DNA of 64,000 nucleotides from Eledone cirrhosa (GCA_964016885.1 OZ024740.1:270072001-270136000), one strand, 5' to 3'; positions 12,818 to 27,549 are shown, counted from the stretch's first letter. Notes: generated by a model from the sequence alone, not told the origin. Numbers and translations: made by a program.

Positions 12818-14838
12818 TACAACCAGGCCCTCAAGCGGAGTGGTTTCCGGGAGGAAATATCCTACTGTCCAGCTCTCATTAGCGGAACCAGCAGGAGACA
12901 CCGCCGCTCACGCAATGTAACATGGTTCAATCCTCCCCACAACGCAGAGGTGACAACTCCCATCGGGAAAATATTCTTTAGGCTCATTGAAAAACACTTC
13001 CCACTACAACACCGCTACCACAACATAATAACAAAAATACCATCAAACTCTCTTACAGCACTACACCAAACTTCGCACAAAACATCGTTTCCTCTAACAA
13101 CAAAAAACTCAACCCCGATGGAAGAAATAACCTAAATAGCAGTGGAGAGCCGACCAGGAGATGCAACTGTCCGGATAGATCCATTTGCCCACTCGACAAT
13201 AGATGCAGAGACCGTAATGTGATCTACCAGTGCAACGTGAGGACGGACACCTCCAACAAACCTTATATAGGAATAACCGCATGTGACTTCAAGACCCGGC
13301 TATACCAACATAGACATACCTTCCGAAACCCGGCCCGACGTCACGCCACTACACTTTCGGGCCACATATGGGACCTCAAGGACAACAACATCACCTATGA
13401 TCTCACTTGGAGATTACTGTCCAGAGCCAACTCTTACACGGGAGGACACCGTCTGTGCAATTTATGCTCGGAGGAAACTTTACAAATGCTGTTTTCGACG
13501 GACCAACTCCTAAACAATAAAGATGAACTGGTTACTGCATGTAAACACAGATTGCGTAGGACTTACCTCGCCCTCAAACCCCATAATGACCCGGGGGGGG
13601 GGGGTAGACTAGGGCTATAACACCCCACTTGCCGATTTTGCAATGGGTAACCCCTGCTTGCCAATGGAGACGTAAGATCTTTTTATTCTTTTATCGCTTC
13701 CTTTATTTCCTTCTTCCCCCCATCCCTCCTTAGTCCTTCTACCCCAGTTCTTCTTCTTTGTCGGCGTCTTTTTCTCGCCCACCCGAGGCTGCCCTTTGGC
13801 CCCCTGTAGCCTCAGTACCCCCACCCCCTCGCCTAGTCTATGATAGATTCGGTGGACTCCGCTTTTTATAGCAGTTGTGTTAGACCTCGGATTCTTGCCC
13901 CCTTTTCCGACCGCTCCCCCTTTTTTCCGTGCCTTCTATATTTCTTAGTGGCACTTATGCCTTAATTTCTCGTTTCAGTATTTCTTTCTTCTCTTTTCTT
14001 TTGAGCCGGGTGGATTCCGAACTTATTTTTCCGTATTCTACCTTTACTTCGTACGAACTTTCATGTAGCTTGTATAAGAAGTTTTGTAGCGTGGCGGTAC
14101 CTTTAGAGTTAGCATTAGTATATTTTTTTCGGGACTCAGAATTATTATCTCGCACTAGTTTACTTTTCTGCATTGGGTGGTTGCTGGCCTTGTGCCCGGG
14201 GTAGAAACCTTTATTATTTATTTCGTGGTAGTTTCTTTAGTATTTTGGCCCCATTTGTTGACCCGTCACCGTATGATACACGTACTTATACCTCTTAAAA
14301 GGGTCCTTTCCTATTCCGTCCCACCTAGTTTATTTACTTATTTCGTTATTTCTTTATTTCTTTCTTTATTTCCTTCTTTATTTATTTATTTATTTATCTA
14401 GCCTAACAATAGCTAGAGACTTAGGTCGTAGAACTTGCTTATATACCTTTTATTCTTAACACTTATTCGCTTTTCATCACTCTCAGTATTTTTTCTTTCA
14501 TAGATATATTTTTACCCCTCATTGTTCTACTTACCGTTACGACTTCCTCCCCCTCCCCAGTATCTTCTTTGACCTCATGCCCAGCTGTAGCCGGCACTAC
14601 CAACGCATGATTGGGTCTACTCCACCCCTCCCCCTTTTTCTCCTACTGGCAGGTTTAGCCACGATCTCCCCCACTAATTTGCCATCACAGAATTACTACT
14701 AACTTTTGACAATCACTGACCATATATGGAATTACCCCTTGAGAAGCTCGGCTATTTAAATACCAGGATAAATTTTCATTAGTCCAGAATTAGCCGTCGA
14801 AACGGCTTGAGCTCAGCCGTCGGGATTTTACTGGTTCC
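12818..14838 (+). mobile_element. 5'-truncated Penelope-like element (RT thumb, CxC linker, GIY-YIG endonuclease to 13620, long 3' region/pLTR)
   Basis: YNQALKRSG..WFNPP..HFP, KLSYS, CNCPDRSICPLDNRC, VIY..YIGIT..FKTR..H, LSGHIW.LK, CNLCSEE, LLN. One frameshift near 13030. The motifs resemble Hydra-clade PLEs (inference). Confidence 0.9.
14735..14826 (+). ncRNA. Type I hammerhead ribozyme with U3-A8 core variant, at the PLE 3' end
   Basis: cccc-TTGAGAA-g..cggcta...tagccg.c-GAAA-cggct tgagctc agccg-TC-ggg; GUC cleavage triplet at 14819-14821. Confidence 0.7.
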
Positions 14839-14907
14839 TATATATATATATATATATATATATAAATTCAAGATATTAACAAATATAGGCATTCATTAGA
14901 TCAAATA

Positions 14908-14973
14908 TATTTTATTATACATATTTCAGAGGTACTGAGTTATTTCAACAGTACGTCCTCATGAGATAAAATA
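14908..14973 (-). ncRNA. Degenerate type I hammerhead (G5C) in a ~170-bp insert between (TA)n tracts
   Basis: tattttat-CTCATGA-ggacgtactg..cagtacctct-GAAA-tatgta-TA-ataaaata; 8-bp stem I. Confidence 0.65.
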
Positions 14974-15029
14974 AGTTGTTGCTTGACATACCTTGACTAT
15001 GTTGATGGTTAAAATTCAGTCATGGCAGT

Positions 15030-15083
<54 letters not shown>

Positions 15084-16240
15084 GTCTCTCTCCTCTCTCT
15101 CGGTCGCTCGCTCTCGTCCAAAACATTTGCACACAAACGTTCTGTAGTGTATAATATCTGATGAATTAAATAACTCCTTTTAAGATAAAGATATTTACTC
15201 GGTTTCAATGGTCACTTTTGTTAGCCCTTTCACCAAACCATAAATAACGGGGATGAAATGGAATGTCGTGAATCTCTCATACATTACATTCCCTATATAC
15301 CATTATGTTCCTTTTATCATCAAACCATAACCGCTTTAGTTATGGCCAGTTGTAGGATAGCGTTTCTCTCTCTCTCTCTCTCCACACACACACACACACA
15401 CACATATATGGATATATGTACATATATACATATATATATACATATTAGTCTCTGCACTGTTGCAGCTACAATTTCGATTTATAGATAATATATATATCGG
15501 CGTAGCTTAATTCGCCATGGGGCCCGGGGCGCGGCCGGTGTTTTGACCGCCACATAGTACCTTTAAATTACAGAACAAATCGGAACTATTATATAATAAA
15601 ATGTTAAAATGTTGAACTTTAAACCTCTTTAATATTGAATATTGATTATTAATTTTTTTAACTTCATCCTAGAAGTCTAAACACTGTAACACACTGACTC
15701 CCAATATATTCACCTCTGCTAAGATGCGGGTCCCTGTGAAAATTTTCTCGCGCCACTCCTGGCCTGACTGTGGTCTGACATTAATATCGACCTTTCTTCC
15801 TCTTTCTTTCTATCTTCCTTCTTGTAGCCATCAACCCTTACTTTTCTACTTCTCTCTTCTCTTCCTTCTCTTCTCCCCTCTTCCTGTCTTCCTCCCGCAG
15901 ACTTATCTTCCTTCCCCCTCTTGCTTGCCTATATCTGACCGGTAGTATTTGCCTTTCTTCTTTTAGCTGACATTAACCCTGGCTTCTCATCTTCTTTCTT
16001 CCCCCTTCTTCTCTCTCCTTCCTTTCTTTCTTTTACCTTGTGTCATGAGATTGACGTTAACTTATGTTCCCATCCCTTTCTGTTTTCGTTTATCTGACCG
16101 GTAGTAGCATACTATAAACTTTAGCCACGTCACTCCAGGGCGACCGGCTGAGGTTGAAGGAACAGAATAGCGGTCGCCCTCGGGTCCTCGATTTTCAGCC
16201 CCATGGATTTTATCTATTACATTCACGTATTATATTTCGA

Positions 16241-16298
16241 ATACCTGATGATATCACCGGATTCATACGGAACCCGGTCATTGAAATGATCATAGTAT
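16241..16298 (+). ncRNA. Type I hammerhead ribozyme with intact core
   Basis: atac-CTGATGA-..accgg..ccggt..-GAAA-tgatca-TA-gtat. Preceded by ~500 bp of CT-rich PLE-3'UTR-like sequence and followed by (TA)n. Confidence 0.8.
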
Positions 16299-17152
16299 AA
16301 TAAACCTTTCAAGGATTTACACAAATCCAGCCTCCTGTCATTTCAGTATTATATATATAATATATATATATATAGCTGAAGAACAAATCAATCAGATTGT
16401 TATTTTTTCCCCTTTATGATGTTAAGATGAAAGATAACTCATTTCAGGTGAGGTCATGACCCTTTGAAAGTAATGGTTGAATGGTGCTAATAATAGAATT
16501 CCTATAAAGAGTCTATAAGGAAAAAAGGGGATTGTCATATTAATAGTTGAATGTATATGGTATAGTGAAGTTTAAAAGGAATGTAAAGATTAAATGTTGA
16601 GTTGTGTTGTATGGAGTTTTTAGGTGAATATAAATTATGGTCATGACCAGGAAAGATAGTATATTAAAAGATGAAAATTATAATAAAAAAGAAATATAGT
16701 AATGTAATAATATAATATAATGTAATATAATATAGTACGGTGATACATATATATATATATGTGCACGCACTCATACATGTACACATATATATAAACATTC
16801 ATACACACACCACGCATATACACATATACGTACATATCATACATAGAGAGATATTTACTCATGCAATTACAGGTGGTTGTGTACCTTTTTTGTCCTTAGT
16901 CATTAACGCATAAATCTAAGGAAGTTAAAAAATAAAAAAATTAAAAGGTAAGAAATAATCATGAATGCGTATAATTAAGGGAAAGGGATACTAACAAATG
17001 TTACGTTACATAGAATTTTAGTGAGTTTCTATTTAGAAAATTTCATTAGGTTTATAGTATTTAAATGTTTTTTGTATACGGTGATTACAAACTATAATCA
17101 GTTCCGATTTATTGAATAAAAGACAGGAACTGATTATATGTATATATATATC

Positions 17153-17227
<75 letters not shown>

Positions 17228-17302
17228 CTGGCAAAAAAACAAAACAAAAGAGTGCAGTTACGAACAGAGTTGGTATTAGGTTCACGCTTAAGATTGTGGT
17301 AT

Positions 17303-17356
<54 letters not shown>

Positions 17357-17461
17357 CGAAGAGTACCATTTTAAAGAATAGGTTCCTAAGTCTTTCCTTT
17401 TCACGTTATGATTCATTTATTTTATCTTGCTGATTTTCCTTGTTCATCTTTCCATTTTCTT

Positions 17462-17740
17462 TCGGACGCCATGCTTTCCAGCATAGTTACGTCTCTTTAC
17501 GATCTGAGTTCAAATCCCGCCGAGGTTGACTTTGCCTTTCATCCTTACGGGGTCGATAAAATAAAGTACCACTAATGTACTGGGTAATTTGCTGGCATTG
17601 TGCCTAAAGTAGAAACAATTGTTTCTTACAGTTTAACTTTGCCTTTGATCCTTACGGGGTCGATAAAATAAAGTACTAGTAATGTACTGGGTAATTGCTG
17701 GCCTTGTGCCTAAAGTAGAAACAATTATTTCTTACAGGAG
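17462..17740 (+). mobile_element. tRNA-derived SINE with tandemly duplicated 3' half
   Basis: actttgccttt..atccttacggggtcgataaaataaagtac...agtagaaacaatt occurs twice (about 17529-17630 and 17636-17737). Confidence 0.85.
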
Positions 17741-20700
17741 TAGTAAAGAAGTTAGCTCTAAATTGATTGCACAGTATTTAAAATATTGGCAGGTAATTAT
17801 AACAAAACAAGATTATATTTACTTCATTTGCCTTACATGTTATTTCTATATAGCTTACGATAAGCATTAAATGATTTGGAAAATACGTATAGTTTCACCG
17901 TTCTAAATTTTAATCATCTGCGTAATGCCTTTACATGAAAGTTGTAATTAGCTTCAGATTACTTCGATATATTTCTGATCGTTAAACAATTAATTGAAAA
18001 TATAAGGCTCGTAACATGTTTTGGAAAGAAGTGTCTCTAGATACGTTAATTACAAGTTGACAATTCATTATTTCGCACTGATGATTCATTAAATATCACA
18101 ATCTAATACCGGGAAAAAGCGAAATCTGTGTAAATATTACGATGCTTTGAATACATGTACTTTTGGCGTGACGTTTGGTTAAATATAATGTCGTTTTTTG
18201 AAATCTGCCAAAGTCCTGTACTCCGAATAATATCAAAAGTAGTTTTAAGTGTGTTTTACAAAATATATTTCTTCAAAACAAATGAGCTTCTTTTATTCCG
18301 AAAAATATGGTAATTATTCTATTGTTCATTCATACTTTATTTAGTTTTAAATAGCAGCCCCCACTGTAAAATGCTAGTCCAAATGCTATACGCAGCTTAC
18401 TTTCATCATACGTGGATCTAAATTTTAATTCCAATAAGTGTCAAGTTTTACTTTGCATATATCATGGGTCGCTATAACAATTATATTGACTTCCCCAAGT
18501 AAAACTAGGCTCCTGCCCAGTCACGAAAAAAAAAAGATTTCATGAAATATTATAGGTAAAAGTTTTGCTTTCTCAAAATTATCTTAGAATTGCAAATGTG
18601 TGTGTTGTGTAACTGCAGTAATCGCAGAAGGTAGGGTGCAAATGAATTTTAAAATGTACGTCTATACAAGCAGATCATTGGTTCCTAGAATCAAAATTGT
18701 TGTGGAATGTTTGTATGCTTTCCTTGATAAAAAAGATCCTATTGAATCAAACCGGAAAGCCCTGAAATAAAGCATTCACAAACAGGATGATATGTCTCTA
18801 TCTGAAACAGAAACTCGTATTAATATTACTTTCTGCTCAGTAGATTTGTTTGGTTGAAAATGCTAAGGTGGAACTTTCTTGTTTCTGCACCTTTGTGCCT
18901 CTAAAATATCACAAGGAAAACAGTTTAATATTTTAGGGAGAGGGAATTGAAATGTGACATACATTCCCCTCTCAAGGCCAATGGTAAAATATATGAAGTG
19001 AAAGTGTTTAAAATGAAAGTTGTAATGTTATCGCTCTACACTTGCCACAAAATGTTCGAGTTGATATACTTAAAACGCTCCATATTTATAGGAGGCGAGT
19101 ATCATAACTGATTGCAAGACTTGACCCAGACATCTTATTTGTTACTTCGAGGTATTTAACCGTGATAAAGCCGGTTTTTTCACACCTTTATAGGCCCGTT
19201 ATAGATAATGTTATGATGATGTTATATTTCCTAAGGTCGTTAGTTTGACAGACCCAAGTTTCGAAACTGTTTTTTTCTATCTCTTATTTTATGATACAGC
19301 ACATCGGTATTGATTAGCCATTAGAGGAGAACTGGCGGACTCGTTGAAGTGTCGAATAGGATAACTTGTAGTTTATGGTCCTAGGTTCTGAAATTGAAAT
19401 CTCATCGAGATCAATTTCGTTTTCATCCTTCTTGGGTTGATAAATAAAACAATAGTCAACTACCCACGTTTATATTTTTGCCTTCATTCCTTTCTTTTAC
19501 ACTAACATTCGTTTTCATAATCCGCTACCCTTCGTCATGAGAAGAGTTGTCTCTTTCTCCAGAAATAAATAACGGTTCCTCGGGAGCGGGGCAGAAAACT
19601 GATGTGATACTGTAACCACCCAGGAATCATGACGAATATTTAATAGACATATATATATTTGAATGCATGGGACTTGAACTCAGAATGATGATAGAGGGAA
19701 AATTATAAGACATATGTGATGAATACAACTTCTACTTACAGAATTATTTGAGATAAATATGATTATTATTAACTTAATCTTCAAAGAAATGTTTATTAAA
19801 AGTAAAAGAAATCATTATTTAGTTAATCTACTACTTAAAACGTTTCAAGCCATCATTTATTTTTTAAATATTTCAAGATTATTTATTCATTAAAATATAC
19901 ACAAGATTTGATGTTCAGAATTTTATCGTTTTTCCGTTTTGAAATCATAAATAATCTATAATCTAAAAGGGAAAATGATGTGATATAAATATAAAAGATC
20001 AAAACCCCGCTGATATAAAAGAAAACCATGATCAATGCTTAGTAGTTTTGACATTATCAGCTGAACTGAAGCGACATTATTTATTTTCTTTGGATGCTAA
20101 TTTAAACTACCATTAATGTAGAAGAAGGCTGAAGTAATTATTGCAGTTACTCATCTCAAATAATGTAGATATATTTCACCTTCGAACGTACTATCAATCA
20201 TTCAATGTCAATAAAATTGGAAAAGGTGTTTATTAAGAAAGAACGAAAGACACTGCAAAGCTGGAATGGTAAGTAAATAAATAAATACCTATGAAAGAAA
20301 AAGAGTGAACATTAAGATAAGCAGTCAAACGTATACATGATATTTCGATTAATGTCGGCAACAAATCCTCGTCCTTCTGAATAGTGTATGCATTGAAGCG
20401 GGAACAAATAACAGAATGTATTATGGTATATTAATGTCACCAATGTAGTATTTATGTATGTGAGCCTTTCTCGGTGATCGCTTGATGAATGACTGTTTCT
20501 CTGAATTAGGTATGTGATATTGCAAAGACTAACTCAAATATAACTGAACAGGAAAACTTAAAGGTAATTCATGGATAAATGAGCTTTCAGGAAACTTAAT
20601 TCCATGTTTTGGGGCTTCAGTCCCATCTGTAAAATTATATTGATTTCCGTTGTAATAACTGTACATAGCGATAGAGAGAAAACGGTGTGTGGTAGAAAAT

Positions 20701-22494
20701 ACAATCTCGCTGCTGACAAGTCCCAAATATGGCCTAATTTCGATTTTGAATGCAATTTTGCTTCATTTGCATTGATAATGTGCTTGCGAAAAGCAGGAAC
20801 ACGGCCTATTATTAATTTTTCTGGACTGGATGACTTTTTCCTTGCTTGTCAAAAAATTCAAAAGCATAAACATACGCTGTGTTAGTGCTACTGCTAACAA
20901 ATACAAACTAATGGAAATAATCGTTTCAATAAATGGTATATTTGCAAAAATGAATAAATAAATAAATAAAGAAATAGAAATTAAAACACCGTCATCTGAA
21001 TGTGTCTGGAGTATTAAACACAAAAGCAAAATTACGAAAAATATATGAACAAGACCCGGATACTAATGGATCACACACAATGTAACTCTACCTTCCAGAG
21101 AAAATTAATATTCCATTAAGATATTCCACATTATTAAATACGATGCTGTAGCTAATTTCAAAATATTGATATCATGAATACTATCCGTGTATACAGTTCA
21201 AAATAATAACAGCACAACAATCTGGGATCATTAAAATAATTCACTGCAAACATGAACGAAATTAACTTCCTATTTACATTTACAATCACTGTATTGCTAT
21301 CGCAGTGTAAATTTCCTTCTTCGTTTATCTCCATTTTACTTTTTATTGATTATTATAAATATTTGAATTCTAACTTTCACGTTTTAACAGCGTGACCAGA
21401 AGTTCGGGTGTTGTTGTAAAGATCTTCAGAAGCTACAGAATAGAGAAAGAAACACTCAACTAAATGCTTTAGAAGTCTATCAAAAGGGCGGTAAAAGTGA
21501 ACCGGATGTAGCAAATCTCATATTGCTAGTGTTTTCAAATATCTTCAATCTTTTACAATCTACAATGGAATACTTACATAAGACATTCTTACGTTTTTAC
21601 ATATATACAAACATATGTGTTTATACACTCATTTCTTGCTGCTTCGGTTAATTCATATGCTGTTTCTATCCAGAATCAAATTCATACATTACTTCAGAAT
21701 CATAGAGCAAATTATATATATATATATATATAAATATATATATATAAAACTCGAAAATAATCTGTGGATGTAGCCAATTTTTTATATATAACAGTCTGTA
21801 TATGTCACTGCTGTAACTAATTATATATATATATAGACATGTTTTATGATATATAGCTCTGCTTATTTAATTTATTAACTTTTCATTGAGCCACAAAGTG
21901 ACCTGTTGCAAAACACGTACATGTATGTATATATATATATATATGTAAACCTTTATATGTAATAATCTCCCATTAGGTTGAGATACAAATTTGGCTGTAT
22001 TGTGCTGTGCTTTCTAGCAAAAAGCCACCAGCCGTAAGCAACTACCACATCCCTTCCAACCTAACCGCTGCTACGTCACGATTCTTAGCCATTTTTGAAT
22101 GAATTCTTGCGCGATCACTTTGGAAAATTTAATGTCTAGATTAGAGCAAAACTCCTAAAGAGTCCGATGCTCGAGTTTCCAAAGTTGCTGGAAATCTCAA
22201 AATGCGGACGAAACCATGGTAGAGGTAAATAAATGTATTCTATTTTCTCCTAGTTTATTTTACACCTAATTCTGTTTAATTGACTGTATCTGGGCGATTA
22301 CGCTGTCGAAATATTCGATAAATAATCCGTCGCGGCCGACACGAAGGGCTAGTTTCGGTTATTTGTTGGAGATTTCTTCATAGAAGCCTTATTCTTATAG
22401 CCTGGTCTATTCGATTTTTTATATAGTTAATTATGCTAATTGGGAGAGGAAATGGTATATATTTTATCTGGTGATTCTATAGACATGTTTTATG

Positions 22495-23061
<567 letters not shown>

Positions 23062-23208
23062 ACTACGAAAATATTTGGCTTCACTCACCAGGAATTAAAT
23101 GTAACTGTTAATGGGCAAGATATATTCTTAATAAACGAATATGTCATTCACTGTTAAGCCTCAAATATCTTGAGGTTTATATTTTTTGGCAGAATTTACA
23201 TTATTTAT

Positions 23209-23387
23209 TGGTGAATTGGCAGTATGGGTAGAGGGTCGGACATGCTTTCCATCATAGTTACGTCCCTTTACGATCTGAGTTCAAATTCGGCCGAGGTTAA
23301 CTTTGCCTTTCATCCTTACGGGGTCGATAAAATAAAGTAATGTGCTGGGTAATTGCTGGCCTTGTGCCTAAAATAGAAATAATTATT
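23209..23387 (+). mobile_element. tRNA-derived SINE
   Basis: ggtgaattggcagtatgggtagagggtcgga...gagttcaaattcgg...aattatt. Confidence 0.85.
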
Positions 23388-23932
23388 TAATTGTTTCATC
23401 TCGACTGTTTCTGCTGTCTATAGATAACATTTGGGATTAGCAGCAGGTATGCCTATCGACTCTATATTACATAATGTTATTACGAATGAAAAATGTTTGC
23501 AATACAAGCACTGAATGTCTAATTCGAGTTACAAAATTATTGAACTATGTTAAATATGTAAAGAATGCCAGATATAAGAAGATTGAACGAATAAGAGTAC
23601 TGAGACATTGGAAGATATATAAAATGACAGGAAAAGTAAAGTAAAGCAAGAAAAAAAGGTGGAGGGGAAGATGAATAGAAGTATGAAACGGTAAATGTGT
23701 AAGACAGAGAATATTGCTAAGAGAAGTTATAAAATATTGACGCTCAGGAGTGTCAACTAGAAATGACATTGTTGGACAAGTCATTGTAATTTTGATATGT
23801 CTTTTTCCTGGTATTATTAATGTCTCTCAAACGCAGGTGTCGATAGAATAAGTAAAAAAGAATGAGAATATTAGTAACTGTTCCCACTTATCAAATTTCT
23901 TGCTTTAGATTATTATTAATAAAACACTATAT

Positions 23933-24126
23933 GCGGTGGATTGGCAGTGTCGGTAGAAGGTCGGACACCATGCTTTAACGTATAGAGTTACGGCCCTTGC
24001 CATTCTGTGTTCAAATCCTGCCTAGGTTAACTTTGCCTTTCATCCTTACGGGGTCGATAAAATAAAGCACCAGTAATACACCGTAATAATTGCTGGCCTT
24101 GTGCCAAAAGTAGAAACAATTATTAA
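23933..24126 (+). mobile_element. tRNA-derived SINE
   Basis: Full family match; flanked by an attattaataaaaca direct repeat (TSD-like). Confidence 0.85.
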
Positions 24127-24921
24127 TAAAACAATTATTAATAAGACAGCAGCTTTAAGTTTTAAAAAAATTAGGAAAATATTTTAATGTATTTGCAAAG
24201 TAAAGAGAACACAAATGTTTCATTGATGGAAGAACTGATTCGAGTTTCAGAAGACATTGAAACATAAACAAATCATAGACTAAGACAGTTGAGAGAACCT
24301 AAATAAATAATTGACAAGTACACAGTTCACAAAGACAGGATGGTGCAAAAAAGAACAAAAAAGAGATACAGAGTAACAACAAAAGTGTTGTTGAGTGAGA
24401 ATTATAAAAGTGTTAGAGAGACAGAAAAAAAAGAAAGAAATAGATGTGGATTGATTGGTGGTTGGATGTATTAGAGGATAGTGCTATGAGAGACAGAATG
24501 TCTGTAAGTGATAGAGAAATAACAGACTTGGCTTCGACGCTGTGACGGGACTAGGAAAGCAGGCAATAGCTAAATACACAAAAATAATGGTAGACGATAG
24601 ATATATACACAAACAAACTTACTCAAATATATTATAATTTATGGCTGAGTGGTTTTAGGAATTTGTTTCCGAATCACTTGGTTTTAGGTGACAATTTGGG
24701 CCAATGCCTTCTATTATAGTTTCAAGCTAAATAATACTTTGTTTATGGAATCTGTAAATCCGAATCGTATCATATACTAGATATTATGTAAAAACAAGTA
24801 ATATGAATTTTAATAAAGAATAGGAATATGTAATATCAAACTGAATGTTTATGAATAAACAACAGCATAAGAGTAAAGACCATGGGATTTGCACATAGAA
24901 AGTTCCCTGCGTGGCACAAGT

Positions 24922-25047
24922 CTAGGCAAGGTTGTTTGGAGAAGACCAGCAGTCACCCATGCATGCCAGCCTCTCCTCACCACGCCACCGACGATTTCCA
25001 AGGCAATTGCCAATACAGCTTGGCACCAGAGACGTCGCAATCCATTT
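24922..25047 (-). CDS. Candidate terminal exon of a small Cys-rich peptide (CxGxC-x13-CxGxC)
   Basis: GC-richer island. A ctgtag acceptor is followed by KWIATSLVPSCIGNCLGNRRWRGEERLACMGDCWSSPNNLA*, with ATTAAA ~110 nt downstream. Frame and upstream exon are unproven. Confidence 0.3.
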   Translation of the reverse strand, partial: KWIATSLVPSCIGNCLGNRRWRGEERLACMGDCWSSPNNLA

Positions 25048-25280
25048 CTACAGCGGAGTAAACTGCAATAAAATACACATATATTTACCGAAGTTGAACA
25101 CAAATTCGATCAAGCTCAAAACTCAAAACATCTCTGATTTATACACAGCATAAATATTTCTCGGTGTGTATCGGCATATTAGACATACTAGCGAGATATT
25201 TCTCATGGAACTCTTATGACAACTGTTCTAGAAATCCTTATGAAAATCAACAGAAAACCAAATTTCTCCACTCTTAGATA

Positions 25281-26135
25281 TCTATATATTAATCTCAACA
25301 ATGTCAGTATTCCGTGTGTCATAATTCTCGATTATCATTGGCTCATATGTTTCAAATGACTCCGCCCACCTCAACGACGCCAAACTTAAATTAATATGCA
25401 TAATGCCAATGAGGGAGTGAGAGGGGAGAGTAAGAAACACCGAGGCAGAGTGAATGCTGTAACTATTACCATGTGTGCGTGTGTATGTACGTGCGCGTAT
25501 GTTTATGTGTGTGTGCGTGCGTGCAGCGTTCCACAGAAAGTAAAAGCAATTCGACTTTATCAAGCAGTGAACTACAGCGGCGACGGCGTGCAGCCAGGAA
25601 TGAAGAAAAACGGGCCGAACAGCGCCATCGGAATTCCGAACTTCAGAGGCGAAGACGTGCCGCCATGAATGAAGAGGAACTGGCTACAAACGCCAACGAA
25701 ACACTGGAGCCAAGCAGCGACGGCGTGCTGCGATGGTTGAAGACGAACTGGCTGAGCATCATCTTTTATATTAATTATCTATATCTATATCTACATATAA
25801 TATAAAAGATTGGAACTTCCATCATCCTTTTAAGAAACGTGGAACAACCACGTCTATGCAATGATACACGTTTTACAGTCAGGCAGAAGATGAACCAGCT
25901 CCTAGAGATTACTATTCTAGGTGGGAGCACCTATAATTGTTCATATACTATGCACAAACGGTACAACGAAGAATCTGGTATATCTGGAACATTTTTTTAC
26001 TGTTTTTTATATCACACAGACACCACGGACTCGCCTCATACTGTAACCAGACACACATCCAATACAGTCATTTTCTCTTTTACATATCTTCTCTTATCAT
26101 CTGTTTACCCGGGCGAAGCTGGGTACGTCAGCTAG
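25281..26135 (+). mobile_element. Internally deleted Helitron with coding remnants
   Basis: A|TCTATAT start; 3' hairpin acccgggcgaagctgggt followed by CTAG|T. Contains SELQRRRRAA repeats and IILLRNVEQPRLCNDTRFTVRQKMNQLLEITIL (Pif1 helicase motif). Confidence 0.85.
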
Positions 26136-26316
26136 TAACTTCTATGCCAACAAAATGTGTTTTCGTAGGCCATTATTGTTAGTAATTGCTATTATAGCAT
26201 GGGAGCGAATGCAATTAAATCGTAAAGAACTCAATATAGTGAAGTAGAGTAGAATAATATTTATACAAAGTTGAGTGTGTGTAGACCACTACTGGAAAAA
26301 AACAAAAAGAAATTTG

Positions 26317-26350
<34 letters not shown>

Positions 26351-26993
26351 TATTTATTGTGTGTGTGTGTACATAAGTTTACACATTTTGCATGAATGGG
26401 TCCAGATATGGTACTTTATTTCAAAATATAATTACACATTATTTATATTCTCTACATAGTGCAGTATACATTTTCACACATTCCATATCGGTTTAAATGC
26501 TTTTTTTCACTCAGTGTTTTGTTTACTTTCGCGAAAATTGTGCAATCATCTTATTTCGTATATTGAAAGAAACAGCATAGGATCTGTGTATGAAAAAAAA
26601 AAGGATTCAAAACTTATTCGGATTTTTTTCATTTACTTATTGTATATATGTTGTAATAAAACGTATATCAAGACAACGATATCTCTAAATAAATATATAG
26701 TGCAGGGTAGAAGAAATAACGTAATGTTTTATTATATGAATACAGCCCAATAAACAAAAATGCTTTATCTCAATATTAAACGGAGATTCACAGAAGCCAA
26801 AGTGGATTAAACACACATATTGTGATATATTAACTTAAATATATTTGTGGCCCAGGTGTAAACATCAATAAGGTACAATTTAAATATAATATATAAGAAA
26901 ATATCTAATGCACAGAATCTTTCAAGTAAAACAGCCAAACGTTAGGTTCAAATAAAACACACATACACTCACACACTCTCTCTTTCTTTCTCA

Positions 26994-27065
<72 letters not shown>

Positions 27066-27549
27066 CACAAACATATATAATCGTGTGTGTTTGTGTGTGT
27101 GTGCGCGCGCGCGCGCGCGCGTGTGTATAGTTACGCGAATAAATCTGTCTTTTTCTCTAAGAAGATTTCATTTCGTTTCTGCAACTGCCCAGACTCCACA
27201 ATCTCTCTATTTCTTCTTTAATTTCTCATTCTATTTTCTGATGAAGAACCAGCATCCGAAACGTTAAGACACTTTTCCTACTATATCAAGCGTTAAACTG
27301 CTAAACTGGTAATATATTTCTTCATTATTTTGTGTCATTTACTTTGTTATTTCTGTTCACCTTTTCCACACATAGCTATATATAGATATATATATATAAT
27401 AATAATAATAATAATATTATTGATACTTATATATAAACTATATATGATTATAAACAGGAAAGGTCAGTAATTCATTACCACCTTATTACCAGTAAGACAA
27501 ATAGCTCAATGTAAGTACATCAGATGTTTTACAGAGCCGGAATATAAAT

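Noticed and set aside
20170-20268. Possible + strand exon ending ATG|gtaagt
   Set aside because: Good donor, but a weak acceptor and an unrecognisable peptide.
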